NCBI GenBank assembly: GCA_965645245.1
Contig: OZ287072.1
Span: 2,046,001 to 2,110,000 of the forward strand
Source of the DNA: Massalongia carnosa
Taxonomy: Eukaryota
Direction: 5' to 3'
DNA length: 64,000 nt
In this document: positions 36,610-50,027 of the stretch, piece by piece
Layout of the letters: every line of letters starts with the position of its first letter
How positions within the stretch are numbered: position 1 is the stretch's first letter
The notes under the pieces: model-generated
What the model was told of the DNA's origin: nothing
The model's database searches: none
What the model saw: the letters and a program-made list of their open reading frames with translations, nothing else
Made by a program: the position numbers and the translations under genes

Positions 36610-37092
36610 ATGCCTTCTGTCTCCCCTCACCTCCCCATGCCTACCCCTTCAACCTTTGATATCCTCCCCCCTCTCCACACCCTCCTCACCCGCCTCCTCT
36701 TACCACCTTCATCCACCACCGCCCAATCCACTACAACTCCTCACCCCCACCATCACCAAACCCTCGCCTCCCCTCCACCTACCTCCTCCCCCGCCTTAGG
36801 GCTTGTTGCAAACAACTCCGCCAGCTCCACAACCACCACCACTACTATATCCGGGCCGCTCTCACCTAAGGACCTTATAACCGCAGCCTCGACTATAAAG
36901 ATCAAAATCCAGAAGGCGCGAGCGGCGGTACAGCGGCTGCCGGACGTGGAACGCTCAATTGAGGAACAAGAGGAGGAGATTGCGGCGCTCAAGGGGGAGG
37001 TGGAGCGGTTAAAGGGTGTGGTGAGTGGGATAGGGGAAGCGGCTAGAAGAGCGGTTGAGGGCGCGGTGAAAGGGGAGGGGGTGGAGGTGTAA
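36610..37092 (+). CDS. MED9: Mediator complex subunit Med9 (Cse2)
   Basis: FDILPPLH.LL.RL and KDL..AAS.IKIKIQKARAAV..LPDVERSIEEQEEEI..L; ATG at 36610. Confidence 0.8.
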   Translation: MPSVSPHLPMPTPSTFDILPPLHTLLTRLLLPPSSTTAQSTTTPHPHHHQTLASPPPTSSPALGLVANNSASSTTTTTTISGPLSPKDLITAASTIKIKIQKARAAVQRLPDVERSIEEQEEEIAALKGEVERLKGVVSGIGEAARRAVEGAVKGEGVEV

Positions 37093-37718
37093 GGGTAATT
37101 ATGTGGATGAAAGGAACGAATGCTTGGAGATGCACAAATCGGCCAGCGGAATCCTGTGGGAGTGCTACCGCAGTCATTAGCCATTCAAGGCGTCATCAAC
37201 GGGAGGCGATCTATGGACTCAATTGCTGATGGACTAGGACCTCGGTGGATGCTAAGTGGTCGTTTTAATGGAGGATTTACTAGGGGTTGAAAATATGCAT
37301 CTGGACTTGCTCTAATGGCGGCCTATGCTAGGAAGTTCAATGACGCATAATGAACTATTGGGTTTGGGGGAGAAATGCCTGGCATGAGGTTTGGTGAAAC
37401 ACATGCAAGCAAGCTTGACTTACTAACTCTACAAGGAAACAAAGCAACAGGGTGGATAGAAATAAGGAACTCGATAGACTCGTGGTGGGTTTGGCCGGAA
37501 CAACTCAAATATCGTCGATCGCCACTATCCCCCAACGATGCTTAGAAAATTATTTTTTTTCGTTATGCCCTGCGTTGAAGCAAGAGAACCGAAAAAAAAT
37601 ACCTTGCTGTTACAAGTTTTCCGTTCTGACCAACGCCGTGGTCAAAGATCCGCCCGTGCATATGTGTGGAACATAGCAAGAACACCTGCCCCGTCTAACG
37701 CCCAAAAATGCTGCACAA

Positions 37719-39340
37719 TCAGACTGGTAAGGGGAAAGTCCCCGCCCAGCTTGCAATTTCCTTCTTCAAGTCATTGATCTCCTGCACCTCACCGCTGGCG
37801 ACTTTGGCTTTGAAATCTTTCTGCTTATTCGCATCTTTCGGTAGTTTAGCTTGAATGTCCTTACCAATCCGAATACAGGTGTCAATATAATTTGCGATCC
37901 TCTTGAAGTCTTCTTCGCCCATGCCGCGCGTGGACATGGCCGGTGTACCTATCCGAATACCGTGCGGTGTTAATGCCGACTTATCGCCAGGTATTGAATT
38001 TTTATTGCACGCAATGTTCACTTGCTCTAGAACAGCCTCGACGCGTGCTCCGTCAATGGCATGAGGGCGAAGGTCGAGGAGTACCATATGGCTGTCAGTA
38101 CCGTCGGCCACTAATTTATAGCCCAACCGTATGAACTCATGCTCTAATGTCTTGGCATTCTTGATGACGTTCTGTTGGTACTGCTTAAATTCTGAGGTAG
38201 TCGCTTGTTTGAGTGCCACAGCAAGAGCAGTGATGGTGTGGTTATGGGGACCGCCTTGGTGGCCGGGAAAAACCGAAAAGTTGATTGGTCCTTCCAAATC
38301 ATATAATAACTCCTTTCCGGTTTTCGTGTCGGACCTTCTCACGCCTCTCCGATAGAATATCATGGCGCCCCGAGGGCCACGCAATGATTTGTGAGTAGTC
38401 GTGGTGACAATATCGGCGTGTTCAAATGGGGAGGGAATGAGGCCAGCTGAGATGAGTCCTGAGATATGAGCCATATCTACAACAAGGTAAGCGCCGCAAA
38501 GATCAGCAATCTCTCGCATTCTCTTATAATCGATCAGTCTGCAATATGCAGACGTGCCGGCGACGATGGTTTTTGGGCGGTACATCAGCGCGTTCTCCTC
38601 TAAAGTCTCATAGTCAATGAGACCTGTTTCAAGATTTACTCGGTAGGGAAATGTCTCAAAATACGTTGAAACAGCCGATATTCTAGCACGCCGATTAATA
38701 AACGCGGCATCTCAATATTACTGACTCTCTCACTTCTTCGTCGGTGTCTGATAGCCGTGGCTCAAATGGCCTTGGGCAGGAAAGTTAGCCACAAGCTTGC
38801 AAAATACGTAGTCCTTCTTACCTCCATGTGGCAAGTCTAAGCCCATCAATCTATCATGAGGCCTCATGATCGCTTGATAGACCTGAAGGTTTGCTGGGCT
38901 CCCGCTAAGGGTCTGTACGTTCACACCCCATTTCTTTGAGTCCAGTCCAAATGCTTCCAAAGCGCGGGTTTGGCATTTTAACTCAATAGCATCGATGAAT
39001 TGGTTGCCACCGTAATATCGCGCTCCAGGATATCCCTCTGAGTATTTGTTTGACATGGGGGAACCAAGAGCATCAAAGACCGCTCGGGAGGTGAAGTTTT
39101 CCGAAGCTATCAGCACAATAGACTCGCGTTGTCTTTGTATCTCTTGTTTCTGGCGACATTAGCTCTATATAGGTCAATTAGGTTCAAGGACAGACCATGA
39201 GGCCAGCGATCTCAGGGTCAGTGTCCACCAGAGACTTCTCGATGAGCTGTAAATTGTAAGTCATTGCGATATTGTCATAGCCGAATGAAACTCAGTAAAC
39301 TTACGTCCTGGTGGGACTTTGGCAGAGCGTATGAAGACAT
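37719..39340 (-). CDS. SHM2: Serine hydroxymethyltransferase, cytosolic, multi-exon
   Basis: [59 protein letters not shown]. Short N-terminus [12 protein letters not shown] with no mitochondrial presequence. Confidence 0.95.
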
Positions 39341-39492
39341 ACTTCAGGAAGCGGCAGAACGCACTCAACTGTACTAGGTGTTTGACTGTTAGAGCTGTCT
39401 AGAATCGCAAATAAGTTTTTCTTGATATAGCTAAAACTTTTCATTGTTTGCAGACAAGGGTCCTAGCCGAACCCTAAACAGCTAAACCGGAC

Positions 39493-41596
39493 ATGGTCGA
39501 CAGTCTTAAACAGTTTCACAGTAACTTGTTATTTATTTCTTCTCTCATGTCCAATGCAATTTACATCTCGCGAAGTCAAGTGTTATTACATACATGGGAA
39601 AGAAATGCACATTTGAAACTTGAATGGAGGCAGAGCCTCCGTTATCTTAGTGCGGTTCCCAAGAACGTACAGCAAAACCATGCTCCTTTTCAAGAGTTAT
39701 CCAAAGATAATATAAAGTTATCTCATAACGCCGGAAAAGCCAGTGCTCAGCGCAAGAGCGGGAAAATTGCCCTTGCTTTGGATCAATGGGAGTTGACTGT
39801 GGGGATTGAAGTTCATGCGCAGCTAAACACAGATTGCAAGCTGTTCTCAAGTAGGTGAGCGTTAACTTGATATTTGATTGAATATGAAAACCAACCCTGT
39901 TTAAGACGCAGCAACTTCAATTAGCGAGCAAGCAAACACACATGTCTCCATTTTCGATCTTGCCCTTCCAGGGACCCAGCCTGTTTGACTCCCTTCCCCC
40001 TTCTGTCAATTGAAGAGTGCTCATAGACCCAAAGGTGTTCCAAAAAGCCGCCATTTTGCCTGCGCTTCGTGCCGCTGTTGCTTTCAAATGCAACATCATG
40101 AGCAAAAGTAGATTTGATCGAAAACATTACTTCTACCCAGATCAACCAGCAGGATATCAGATCACGCAGTTCTATGGTACATTCTTGGTACATTTTCAGT
40201 CTCCACCAACTAATAGTTTTGAAGAACCCTTCGCCACAGGCGGCATCGTTACGATAAATGACCATGAGGGCATCGCTCCCGAAGATGGCAAGTCCGTTAC
40301 TGTGGGCATCAAGCAAATTCAATTGGAACAAGATACCGCAAAGACCACACACCAAGCTTCATCAACGACTTTACTTGACTTCAATCGAGTTTCTCACCCA
40401 TTAATTGAAATCATTACGCTTCCCCAGATTCACCATCCACAAACAGCAGCTGCATGTTTGAAGAAAATTCAATCCATCTTACAATCCGTGAATGCAGTTA
40501 CTACTGGAATGGAAATGGGGGGCATAAGAGCAGATGTCAATGTCTCAGTGCGGTCTATTAAGCCTACGACAAATGTAAGCAATAGCCATGCGTACGAGGG
40601 CATAACAGGTTTAGGCCAACATACCGAGATAAAAAACCTTAGTAGCATAAAAGCCGTTGAAGACGCAATATTTGCCGAGAGAGATCGACAAATCAGGGTT
40701 CTTGAGGCCGGTGGAACCGTCGAGGGTCAAACTCGCAGCTGGACGCTTGCCAGTTCAGAGACAGTCATGCTACGTGGGAAAGAGGGAGAAATTGACTATC
40801 GATATATGCCAGATCCTGACTTAGCTCCGGTGATCATTGATCCGGTAGGTTTTACGTGAAAGCTCTTAGTTTCGCACTAATTGAAGAAAATAGATACTAG
40901 TTAAGCATATTTCAAATACCCTGCCCATGCTTCCAGACGATTCAATTGATTATCTCGTTAATCATTTGAATTTAACATTGAAAGACGCGAAAACCTTGGT
41001 TACTCTGGACGATGGCGCAAGGCTCGACTATTTTGACGAGATCCTGATGAAGGTTAACGATAGGGGTAGAAATTCTGGATATAAATTGCTGGATCATAGA
41101 AAATATGCTAAGACCGTGGGAAACTGGTTCGTAGGCTTCAGAGTCTTGACTTGATGTAATAGGCTAACAGACAGCTAAAAGGGTTATTCATGAACTTGGC
41201 GGCCTTCTCAGCGGACATGGGAAACTGTTCTCAGAAAATATAGTATCAGCAACAGCAATGGCCTCCATTGTGGACAATCTAATGAAATCCCGCATAACAG
41301 GGACAACGGCCAAGCGACTCTTACATATGGCATTCAAAGGGGAGTCCCGAGATATAGATGCTATTATTGAAGAGGAGCGGATGGGATTGGAGACTCTCCC
41401 ACGAGAGGACTACTTGAACTTAGCGCAAGACCTGATCAAGCAGAATGACAAAATGGTACAGCAGATTAAATTCAAGGGACAACATGGGAAGCTCAACTGG
41501 TTTGTCGGTCAAATGATGCGGAAAGGGGGAAGCAAAGTAGAAGCTTCAAAAGCCGAAGCAACCCTGAAAGAGGTATTAGGGCTTAATACGGAATAA
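39493..41596 (+). CDS. PET112: Mitochondrial Glu-tRNA(Gln) amidotransferase subunit B, multi-exon (start may be ATG 39547)
   Basis: [75 protein letters not shown]. Confidence 0.93.
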
Positions 41597-42120
41597 TCAA
41601 GCCACATCTCCCAGCTACGAATCAGAAACAACTCCGATAAAGAAATTTTTGCGGTATGACACTATTAGAGGCGCTGGATTTTTAGAGGCTGTCATTATTT
41701 GTACCATGTGATGCTGAAGTCTCTTGCACCTTCACTTAAGGAACAAGACAGGACTGACTTTCTGGTGGACCTGTACTTAGGGGAAAGGCGTGAATGAGGG
41801 ACGAGGTACTTATCTCCTAAGTGCAGTTCTTCGCGATTACGGTGACCGACTTTTGTTAGATTCGCATCTTTTTTACGTTTCGCCGATCCGCACTTGTTGA
41901 TTGAGCTTTTCTTCTAGTGTCATACAAATACCTACCTGTCTTTACAGTCACCCTGTCTTTCCTATGCATTTTTCTAGTTCATCGGCATAGAATTTGAAAG
42001 AAATCTTGCACATTCTTGTCCGGGCACAGGCTCTCCCTTCGCTTCTTTACTCGCAGAACCCTTTCTTTGCCTCTCTGCGTCCAACAAATCTAATTGAGCT
42101 TCCTCTCCTGGGAAGATAAG

Positions 42121-43259
42121 ATGACGTCTCCTTCCACAATTCAGTCTAAATTCCTGACTCAGAGCAATGAGCTCGGCGTCGTCGCTGTTGGCTTCTCTGG
42201 CGGTCAGGTATGCCCTGACCAAATAAACCGTTTCTATTCCAGTCAATCTACTTAATTTTAGCTAGGGTAAAGACGGGGTTGATGCAGCTCCCAGTGCTTT
42301 GATTGCTGCCGGGCTATTGACGCAGCTGAAGGAAGATTTGGGCTACAGTCTCTTTCATGATGATACTGTTCACTCCTACTCATCCTTGAAGCCAGCAACG
42401 GATCCTGCTTATCGAAATATGAAGCGTCCCCTCGCGGTCAGTGCTGTAACAAAACGAATCAGTGAACAAGTGTATGAACATGCTCAGCAAGGTCGCTTTG
42501 TTCTCACTTTAGGTGGCGACCATTCAATTGCAATTGGGACAGTGGCAGGTACCGCCAAAGCAATGAGGGAGCGACTAGGAAGAGAAATAGCCTTGATTTG
42601 GGTGGACGCTCATGCGGATATCAATACGCCGGAAGCTAGTCGGAGTGGAAATATTCATGGCATGCCAGTTGCGTTCCTGACGGGATTAGTAGAAGAGAAA
42701 CGGGATGATATATTTGGTTGGCTGAAGGCTGAGCAGCAGATCAGCATGAAAAAACTTGTGTATATTGGCCTGAGAGATGTCGATAGGGCTGAGAAGGACA
42801 TTCTGAGGAAGCATGGAATCAAGGCGTTTAGCATGCATGACATTGATAGGTACGACAGCTAGAAGGAGATGGAGGAAATATGCTAAACTATATCACAGAG
42901 ATGGTATTGGACGAGTGATGGAGTTGGCGTTGGGTCATATTGGGAATGATACACCGATACATTTGTCGTTTGACGTTGATGCCTTGGATCCACAATGGGC
43001 GCCCAGCACTGGGACACCGGTGAGAGGGGGTCTGACATTACGAGAAGGTGATTACATCGCGGAATTCGTTCATGAGACCGGCGCTCTCGTGGCGATGGAT
43101 TTGGTAGATTCCGTCAACCTCCGATAGAATGATCCTGTTATTTGCTGACTGTAATTTTAGGTTGAGGTAAATCCCTCATTGGAGGCAATCGGAGCTTCAG
43201 AGACGATCCGAGCAGGATGTTCACTCGTACGATGTGCATTGGGAGATACTCTTTTGTAA
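42121..43259 (+). CDS. CAR1: Arginase, 4 exons
   Basis: GFSGGQ, LGGDHSIAIG, WVDAHADINTP, SGNIHGMP, YIGLRDVD, HLSFDVDALDP, STGTPVRGGL, DL|VEVNP. Confidence 0.96.
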
Positions 43260-43499
43260 TTCAAATGCGCATATGACCATAGCCGGGCAATGGTTGCCTA
43301 TTTGAAATAAATCATCTCATTGGGTAACCCTAGCACCTACTTTTCTTTTCTTCCGGCCGGACCCTAAACCTAACGCATTCCGATAAATTTAAACCCACAC
43401 GTCACAGACTGGTTTCTTTGTACAATACAGGAGATCTTCCATTATCGTTGACATTTTCATAGTTATATCTAGTCAGTTTTCAAACCTGCAACACGGATA

Positions 43500-45332
43500 A
43501 TGACAGTTAACCCGCCAATTCGGCGAGCTCTTTCTTCCCTTACTCAACTAACAAAAAGACAACGCGGAATAGTCCCGCTTTGCGTACGCGGAATTAAGTC
43601 CGTGGGCTTTCAAGATCTTGACAGTCGTAAAGGCGATCGACAGCGTGTGGTTATCCTTGGTTCAGGATGGGCTGGTCATTATTACTTCAATTCACAGAAA
43701 ACTCTCTTGCTAAGTTACGAATAGGCTATGGTTTATCTCGCCAGTTGTCGCCTTCAAAGTATCAAACCCTTGTTATTTCCCCAAGATCATACTTTGTCTT
43801 CACACCTCTCCTTGCTTCCACGGCTGTTGGCACGCTGGAGTTTCGTACTGCTCTCGAGCCCATCCGTTCACGGCAGAGGTCAAATGTTGAGTTTGTGCAA
43901 GGCTGGGCAAAAGATGTGGATTTCGCACGAAAAATTTTAAAAGTTGAACCGAGCGTAGTGGACGAAAAAAAGGCAATTGGTATAGCTGAAGACAGTCATG
44001 GGATAATTACGACGGAGGGAGAAAGTGAAGTTAAAACCGTGAAGTCGACGAAAGGAAAGAGATGGGAGATAAGCTACGATAAGCTAGTTGTGAGCGTTGG
44101 GTGTTACTCGAATACGTTTGGGACTAAGGGGGTCAAGGCGAACGCCTACTTTCTGAAGGACGTTGGGGACGCCAGGTAAGCGTCAATATTAGTCTTGCCT
44201 TGTCGGAATCTTTGGATTGAACGGGTGTAGAAAGATACGGAAAAGGATCCTCGAGTGTTTTGAAGCTGCCTCATTGCCGACGACTAGCGAGAAGATGAAA
44301 CAGCAATTGCTTCGTTTCGCAATCGTGGGGGGCGGGCCAACAGGGATGGAGTTTGCAGCAGAGCTGAATGATTTGGTATCAGAAGATCTGGTCAAGCTTT
44401 ATCCGAACTTGACCCCGCTAGTAGACATTACTGTGTACGATGTTGCGACGACTGTGCTCAGTATGTTTGATAGTAAGTTGGGAAAATACGCCATGGACAC
44501 GTTTTGCAGAGATGGCATCAATATCAAAACCTCTCATCATGTTCAAGAGTTGAGACAGGGTCTACCGCGGCCAAATGGTGGAACTGCAGATAATCTAGCT
44601 GATTCGCTCGGCTGCTACACTCTTACCACTGCGGAGGACGGAGAAGTGGGTGTTGGGTTTTGTGTTTGGAGCACAGGGAATATGATGAACCCGTTTGTGA
44701 AAGAAGTAACTGAGAAAAGCTACTGCTTTCCGAAAGATTCTGCGGAAATTGTGGCAATTAAGGAGAAAGCACACCAGCAGGAGTGGATGATCGAGAAGGA
44801 CCCCAAGACGGGGGCTATTGTTGTTGATGATCGTCTCCGCATCCAGTTTCACACTAAGCCCCTTTCCAAGCCTCAAGAATTCAATCTTGCAGCAAGCCCA
44901 CGGTCCCGTGCCATCATGAAAGATGTCTTCGCTCTTGGCGACAACGCTACGCTTTCACACACCATCCTCCCTGCTACAGCGCAGACAGCTAACCAGCAAG
45001 CCCTCTGGCTCGGGAAACGCCTCAATAATAGAGATATTGCGACGAAGACCTTCAATTTTAAGAACCTGGGTATGATGGCTTACCTGGGGAATTGGAAAGC
45101 GTTACTGCAGACCGGGGATCATGCTACCATTACGGGCCGGTCGGCATGGCTGGCATGGAGAGGGGCGTACATGACCATGAGTGTTAGTTGGAGAAATAAG
45201 ATTCTCATCCCGACCTATTGGTACGTTTTTAATGATCATGAATTTCTAGGGGAGCTATACTGGTATTGTGCTTAACTGACAAGGACCAGGTTTTTGAATT
45301 GGGCGTTTGGGAGAGATATAACGAGGTTTTAA
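43500..45332 (+). CDS. Type II (alternative) NADH:ubiquinone oxidoreductase, 4 exons
   Basis: VVILGSGWA|GY, FVFTPLLASTAVGTLE, YDKLVVSVG, FLKDVGDAR, VGGGPTGMEFAAEL, FALGD, LPATAQTANQQ, FGRDITRF*. Confidence 0.92.
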
Positions 45333-47140
45333 GCGGAAATGTATCATATAAGATGCTCTTCAAGGATGGGAATTGTTAATCATCGGTATTGATTTATACC
45401 ATGAGCATTCAGTTTCCACAACTCATCATCTGCAAAACTACCGTATACGACCAAGACCACAACTTCTGCATTCCATAGTATGTTCCGAGGGGCGCCATTG
45501 TGTTATGATACGGTCTCAATAATGAAGGTCGCGATGGGGTCATGACGTTCATGCTCAAGGCACTCTGACAGATAGTCTCAAGGAGCATACAATAGACGGT
45601 GGTCATGGACACGCGTACATTTTGTCGTTCATCCAACTACCTAATCCGTGACCCTTCAGCTATCCACTCAGCCGGCCATTATCTATTCAGCTATTCGGCC
45701 ATTGACCATCGCCCACCAGCCATCAGCCATTAGCAATACATCCAGTTCTCCTCAAAAACCAGTCCTCCGCTCCCATTCACTATGAAACCAGCAGGAGGGT
45801 CTGGTTCACCTGCTATCGCACATCCAAATCCCTTATTTGAGTCCTTTTTTGCCAACAGCACCGATGCTGATGTTAATACACACTCGATGACGTCGATATG
45901 CGTGGTTCAACGAGTTTCCGGGTTTAACAGATTAATTGGGTACAGAAATGACGAAGACGAGCATCCGTTCCTCCTTCCGTAGCCCTAAATGCATATCATT
46001 TCTTATATCTTCACCTTCTTTCTCTTCCTCAAACTCGGCTTTCATTCTTACACCTCCTCAACCAATCACCAAATTTAACGCCCTTATTTCAAAATCTAAT
46101 CGAAAACTCTCACACATTAGATCCATACTTCTGCAACAATGTCTGCTCTAAACGAAGGTCAACCCAATGACGATCATAATAATAGGGGTGTGTGATGCGT
46201 GTCGTCTCCCTCATTCCTTTGCTCCCCCACAATCAATCTCATTGGCCGAAAGCATTCGTCTGAGCACCTTGATTAATATCATTCCCCAAATTAGGTGATG
46301 ATACCGATAAGCGATACGGTCAAGGGAAAAACGACCCCAACAAATCTAGAAGTGCGAAAGATGTCAATGATGGCACAAGGAGATCGGCTGACAAGGCCCT
46401 TGGGTGTGCATCTCTCCTTTCCTATGAATCTATTCGGTTTCTAAACTTGGTAGCATACGTCCACATACAAAAGTGGCTTTTTATTCTCCTGATTTGGAAA
46501 CCCTATTGCAAGCCGGGAGATGGATGCAAATATTCTCGTGCGCGTGAAGAATGAGCATAACGATACCGTTGCTAATGTCCCCGCGCAAAATAGGAAGAAA
46601 CACCTATAGAAAAACTCTACTTAAGGACCTCCCCGTACGTCGTGGAACCTCGAGTGCTGGCTGATCAAGCGGGAAGGTAAATGGCGGATAAATTAGAAGA
46701 TATGGCTTCTTCGATGGGTGCTTGTAGCTTTCTCTTGGGTCTTTCTCACTTTTCTTCGATTCTCGGTTAAGGACCTTTGATCTTCTTTTCAATAGAGTAT
46801 TCGAACACTCGGCTATTATTTTGAGCCATGATAGGTCAGGAAGGGGAAAAGTTGTTTTAGAGTATCTAGTTCGAGTTACTTCATTCTATTAATATCTCCC
46901 TATAGTTTGTGCAGTTATGATGTGGAACGACCGACCGTGATTGTCTTCAGGCTTGGGGTAAGGAATGGAATGTATACAGCCCATCGAGCCATCAAAGTCC
47001 TCACAACAGCCCCTTTCCACTTCCCTTTAAAATCTCCATCCACCTCCAACACTCTCCAATCCAAGCCTCTTCATAGCACACCACACCACACCCCACCCCT
47101 CTAATATCTCCCCTTCCCCAGAACCACCTATCTACCTATC

Positions 47141-47177
47141 TGCCTGCCTGCCTACCTACCTACCTACCTACCTACCT
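47141..47177. repeat. (TGCC)n/(TACC)n microsatellite
   Basis: Read directly from the sequence. Confidence 0.85.
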
Positions 47178-47830
47178 ATACTCCGTCTCTCTCCCACATA
47201 TACACCAATCGCCCTTACCCATCTTGTCTTATCATTTCTCAGTTTTTAGAATACTCAAGGATTAGCTAGCTTGTTGACTGGGTGGGTGGATGGATGGATG
47301 GATGTACGGTTACGTAGATAGATAGAGATGTATGTGTATAAAATACCAGACCAAGTATGGGCTTAGAAGTAAAAGTGTAAGAGGAAAGGGACTGGGAAGG
47401 GGAGGAAGGCAAGGTATAAAAGAGCGGAGGAGGGCGGCATGCCGAAGATAGTGTTGGGAGGCTAGGTGACAGGCTGACTAGAGGTTTTCTCTGGGGAAAA
47501 GAGATGGATGCATCCGTAGAGAAAGAAAGGGAAAGGGCGTTTGTTTTTTTAAAAAAAAAAGAAAGGGGAAGGGAGGGGAAGGGTAGTAGAAGGAAAGGAA
47601 AGAAAAGGGAAGAGGTTGAAGCTGACAATAGGATGGAAAAGACGGGATTACGATGGGATATCCAAAATGTCAGGCATTGACACCTCTCCTATTCCCCTTC
47701 TTCTCCATGAGCAGGACCGTCGTTCCAAACACGTCTTCCTTGATATTGGGGAAAGATTCCAGGGATGCCTGGCAGCTGGAAGAGGTTGATTTACATCCCA
47801 TGCGCGCCTGAAGGCCACTAGCTGAGCCGA

Positions 47831-47908
47831 GTATAATCCAGCCCTCATCCCATCCTTTGCTTAAACCGCGTATAATCCAGCCCTCATCCCATCCTTTGCT
47901 TAAACCGC
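47831..47908. repeat. Perfect 39-bp tandem duplication in the BSD2 3' flank
   Basis: GTATAATCCAGCCCTCATCCCATCCTTTGCTTAAACCGC occurs twice, head to tail. Confidence 0.95.
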
Positions 47909-47957
47909 CTCCTTCGCCTAGCGCAAACAGAACAGAAAAAATATATTCAAAACGTCA

Positions 47958-49190
47958 TCAGACAATGGCCTCAACTCTCTCTCCCTCCGCCACGACCGGC
48001 ATGCCTAACCCCCTCTCGGGACTCTGCAGTACTAGCTGCTCGTGCCTTCGCGCCTTGAAGAAATCGGTCACAGCCCGGATCAGAATGAACCACCCAACAA
48101 TCATTAGAGCGTATGCTAGCCAATCGCTACCGGCCATGCCCCCATCACTAGTGTTTGAATTGGCAGCCGCAGCCGTAGTATCTGCGATCTGGGAAGGATT
48201 GAAATCGTGACTGTTGGGCTCAGGGGGCGGGGCGCCAAACTGCGGTTCCGTGTTCGCTGGAGAGTTGGAAGAGGACCCACTGCGCATGTAGAAGCCGTAC
48301 TGCACGAGGGTGATGCCCAAGCCGGCACGAGACCCGTTCTTGGCCGCGTGCGTGGTATGCAGGAGGTAGGTGAGCAGAAAGCCGACGAGTTGGAAGGACA
48401 TGCTGATCATGCCGTTCCACACGAAGCCGAAAATGGAGCCGACGGGGAGGCCGTCAACGTAGACTTCGTCCGAGGACATTCCTGGGGCGAGGATGGTGGT
48501 TTCCCAGTATGGGGGGGTAGCATCTGCGGCGGCTTGTTCGTAAGTCTTGGTAGGGGGTGTTAGTGAAGGCTTTAGGGCAAGAAATCCGAGATTCTAAATA
48601 AAGGAAGGACATACGGGCGGTTGTTCTTCAGTCTTTTCGCCACGCTCGGGTTTTGCATTTAGATTTGCAAAGACACCGTCATTGGCGGAGAGTTGATTGG
48701 GTATGGCAGCTCCAGGAGATATGGTTGAGTATCCAGGTGCTGTGGGGTTGGAACTCGGGAGCTCGATGACCGTTCTTTGCAAAGATGCTGGCCGGGTCAC
48801 ATCGTGCATGATTCTCTGCTCTGTGGCGGAAGAGGGATCGCCACGCATCAGCCTTTGTCGGGCGTCTCCGGTATCATTTCCATCGGTGTCTGAATCCCCT
48901 CCGTCGTCAAATGTGTCTGCCAATGTTCGCTCCGCATCTGAAGCGACCGGGTCTTCTGAGAGGATATGTCGAGATGATGGTGACGACGCGCGTGATCGAA
49001 AGGATGGAGGTGGCGAGGCAGGGATCGATGTGGATGTTCGTTCGTTTGGAAGGGAAGGGGAAATTTCATCTTGATCATGATCTGATACCTATAGTTAATA
49101 TATTAGCTATGAGTCTCTCCTTTGCCTTGATTCAGGCGTTCCGGTATTTTGGTTGGGAAGACGTACTCGTTCGTAACGTTGGGAGCTCAT
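47958..49190 (-). CDS. BSD2: Metal homeostasis protein Bsd2 (Rsp5 adaptor, NDFIP-like), 3 exons
   Basis: MSSQRYER first exon, SPPPSFRS, NDGVFANLNAKP, PP|TYEQAAADATPPYWETT, DGLPVG, SFQLVGFLLTYLLHTTHAAKNGSRAGLG. Confidence 0.9.
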
Positions 49191-49475
49191 CTTAAGGCAC
49201 CCAGGAATAGGTTAGTACGAGTGGAAGCTAAAATGAGGCAGAGCCTCAAAGCTTCGATGTGTCGACGTCCTGAGGTTGGGCTGTAGAAAGGATGGATAAT
49301 CTAGGAGATTATGAGTAGATCGAGCGTTCTAGGAGATTGACGTCGTCGATTTCAATACCTTGTTGCGTGGCCATAGGCGCGGATTAGGTAAGCCTTGCGC
49401 CACAACCTCAGCCCTAAATAGTAATCGAAATAGACGAAGACTTTTGGAATCGTAGCCTCAGTATTCTATTGCAAC

Positions 49476-50027
49476 ATGACTAAATCAGTATGTGCTGACG
49501 AGCAGACGAGAACACTCATGGAGACTCAAGCAATACTGACAAATGGGATCGATAGATAATATACAAGCACTATCAGCGCGCTCTGGCTCAATGGCCAGTT
49601 GACATCCTCCGGCCAGAAGTCTCGTTCCAGAATGTGATGCGCCGGCGTATTGACCGAAGACTACTGCCATCATCTGTGCAGCCTCAGAATAGAGTAGTAG
49701 CAAATGAGGCATTTGCAACGCCGTTGACGGATCTAAAATTTGACGAAAGGTTAGAACTTGAGCAAGTGAATGTTCTATATTCATTCTTAGAGAACAGATA
49801 CGCCAAGAAGGTACCAGATAGAGCCCCCTTCTTGGTCCGAACGTGTCTAGATTTTGCTTCTAAGACTCGTGTATTCTATACAGTATCCTCTATCGAGCCG
49901 CCTCATGAAACCTGCGTCAAACCCTACGTACTATGATGATCTGTTGAAGGAACTTCAAGAGGCGCCTCAACGATCATGGTTTGGTAGGTTTATGAATAGC
50001 TGGAAGGGCTTTTTGCGTTTGTCGTGA
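49476..50027 (+). CDS. CBP6: Cbp6/UQCC2-like cytochrome b assembly factor, 3 exons (not captured whole by the ORF track)
   Basis: MTKS|IIYKHYQRALAQWPVDILRPEVSF...QVNVLYSFLENRYAKK|YPLSSRLMKPASNPTYYDDLLKELQEAPQRSWF; GT-AG introns near 49488-49555 and 49811-49883. Confidence 0.8.

Noticed and set aside
45400..46800. Short ORFs and CAGCCAT-like repeats between the NADH dehydrogenase and BSD2
   Set aside because: No coherent gene model or recognisable family could be built.
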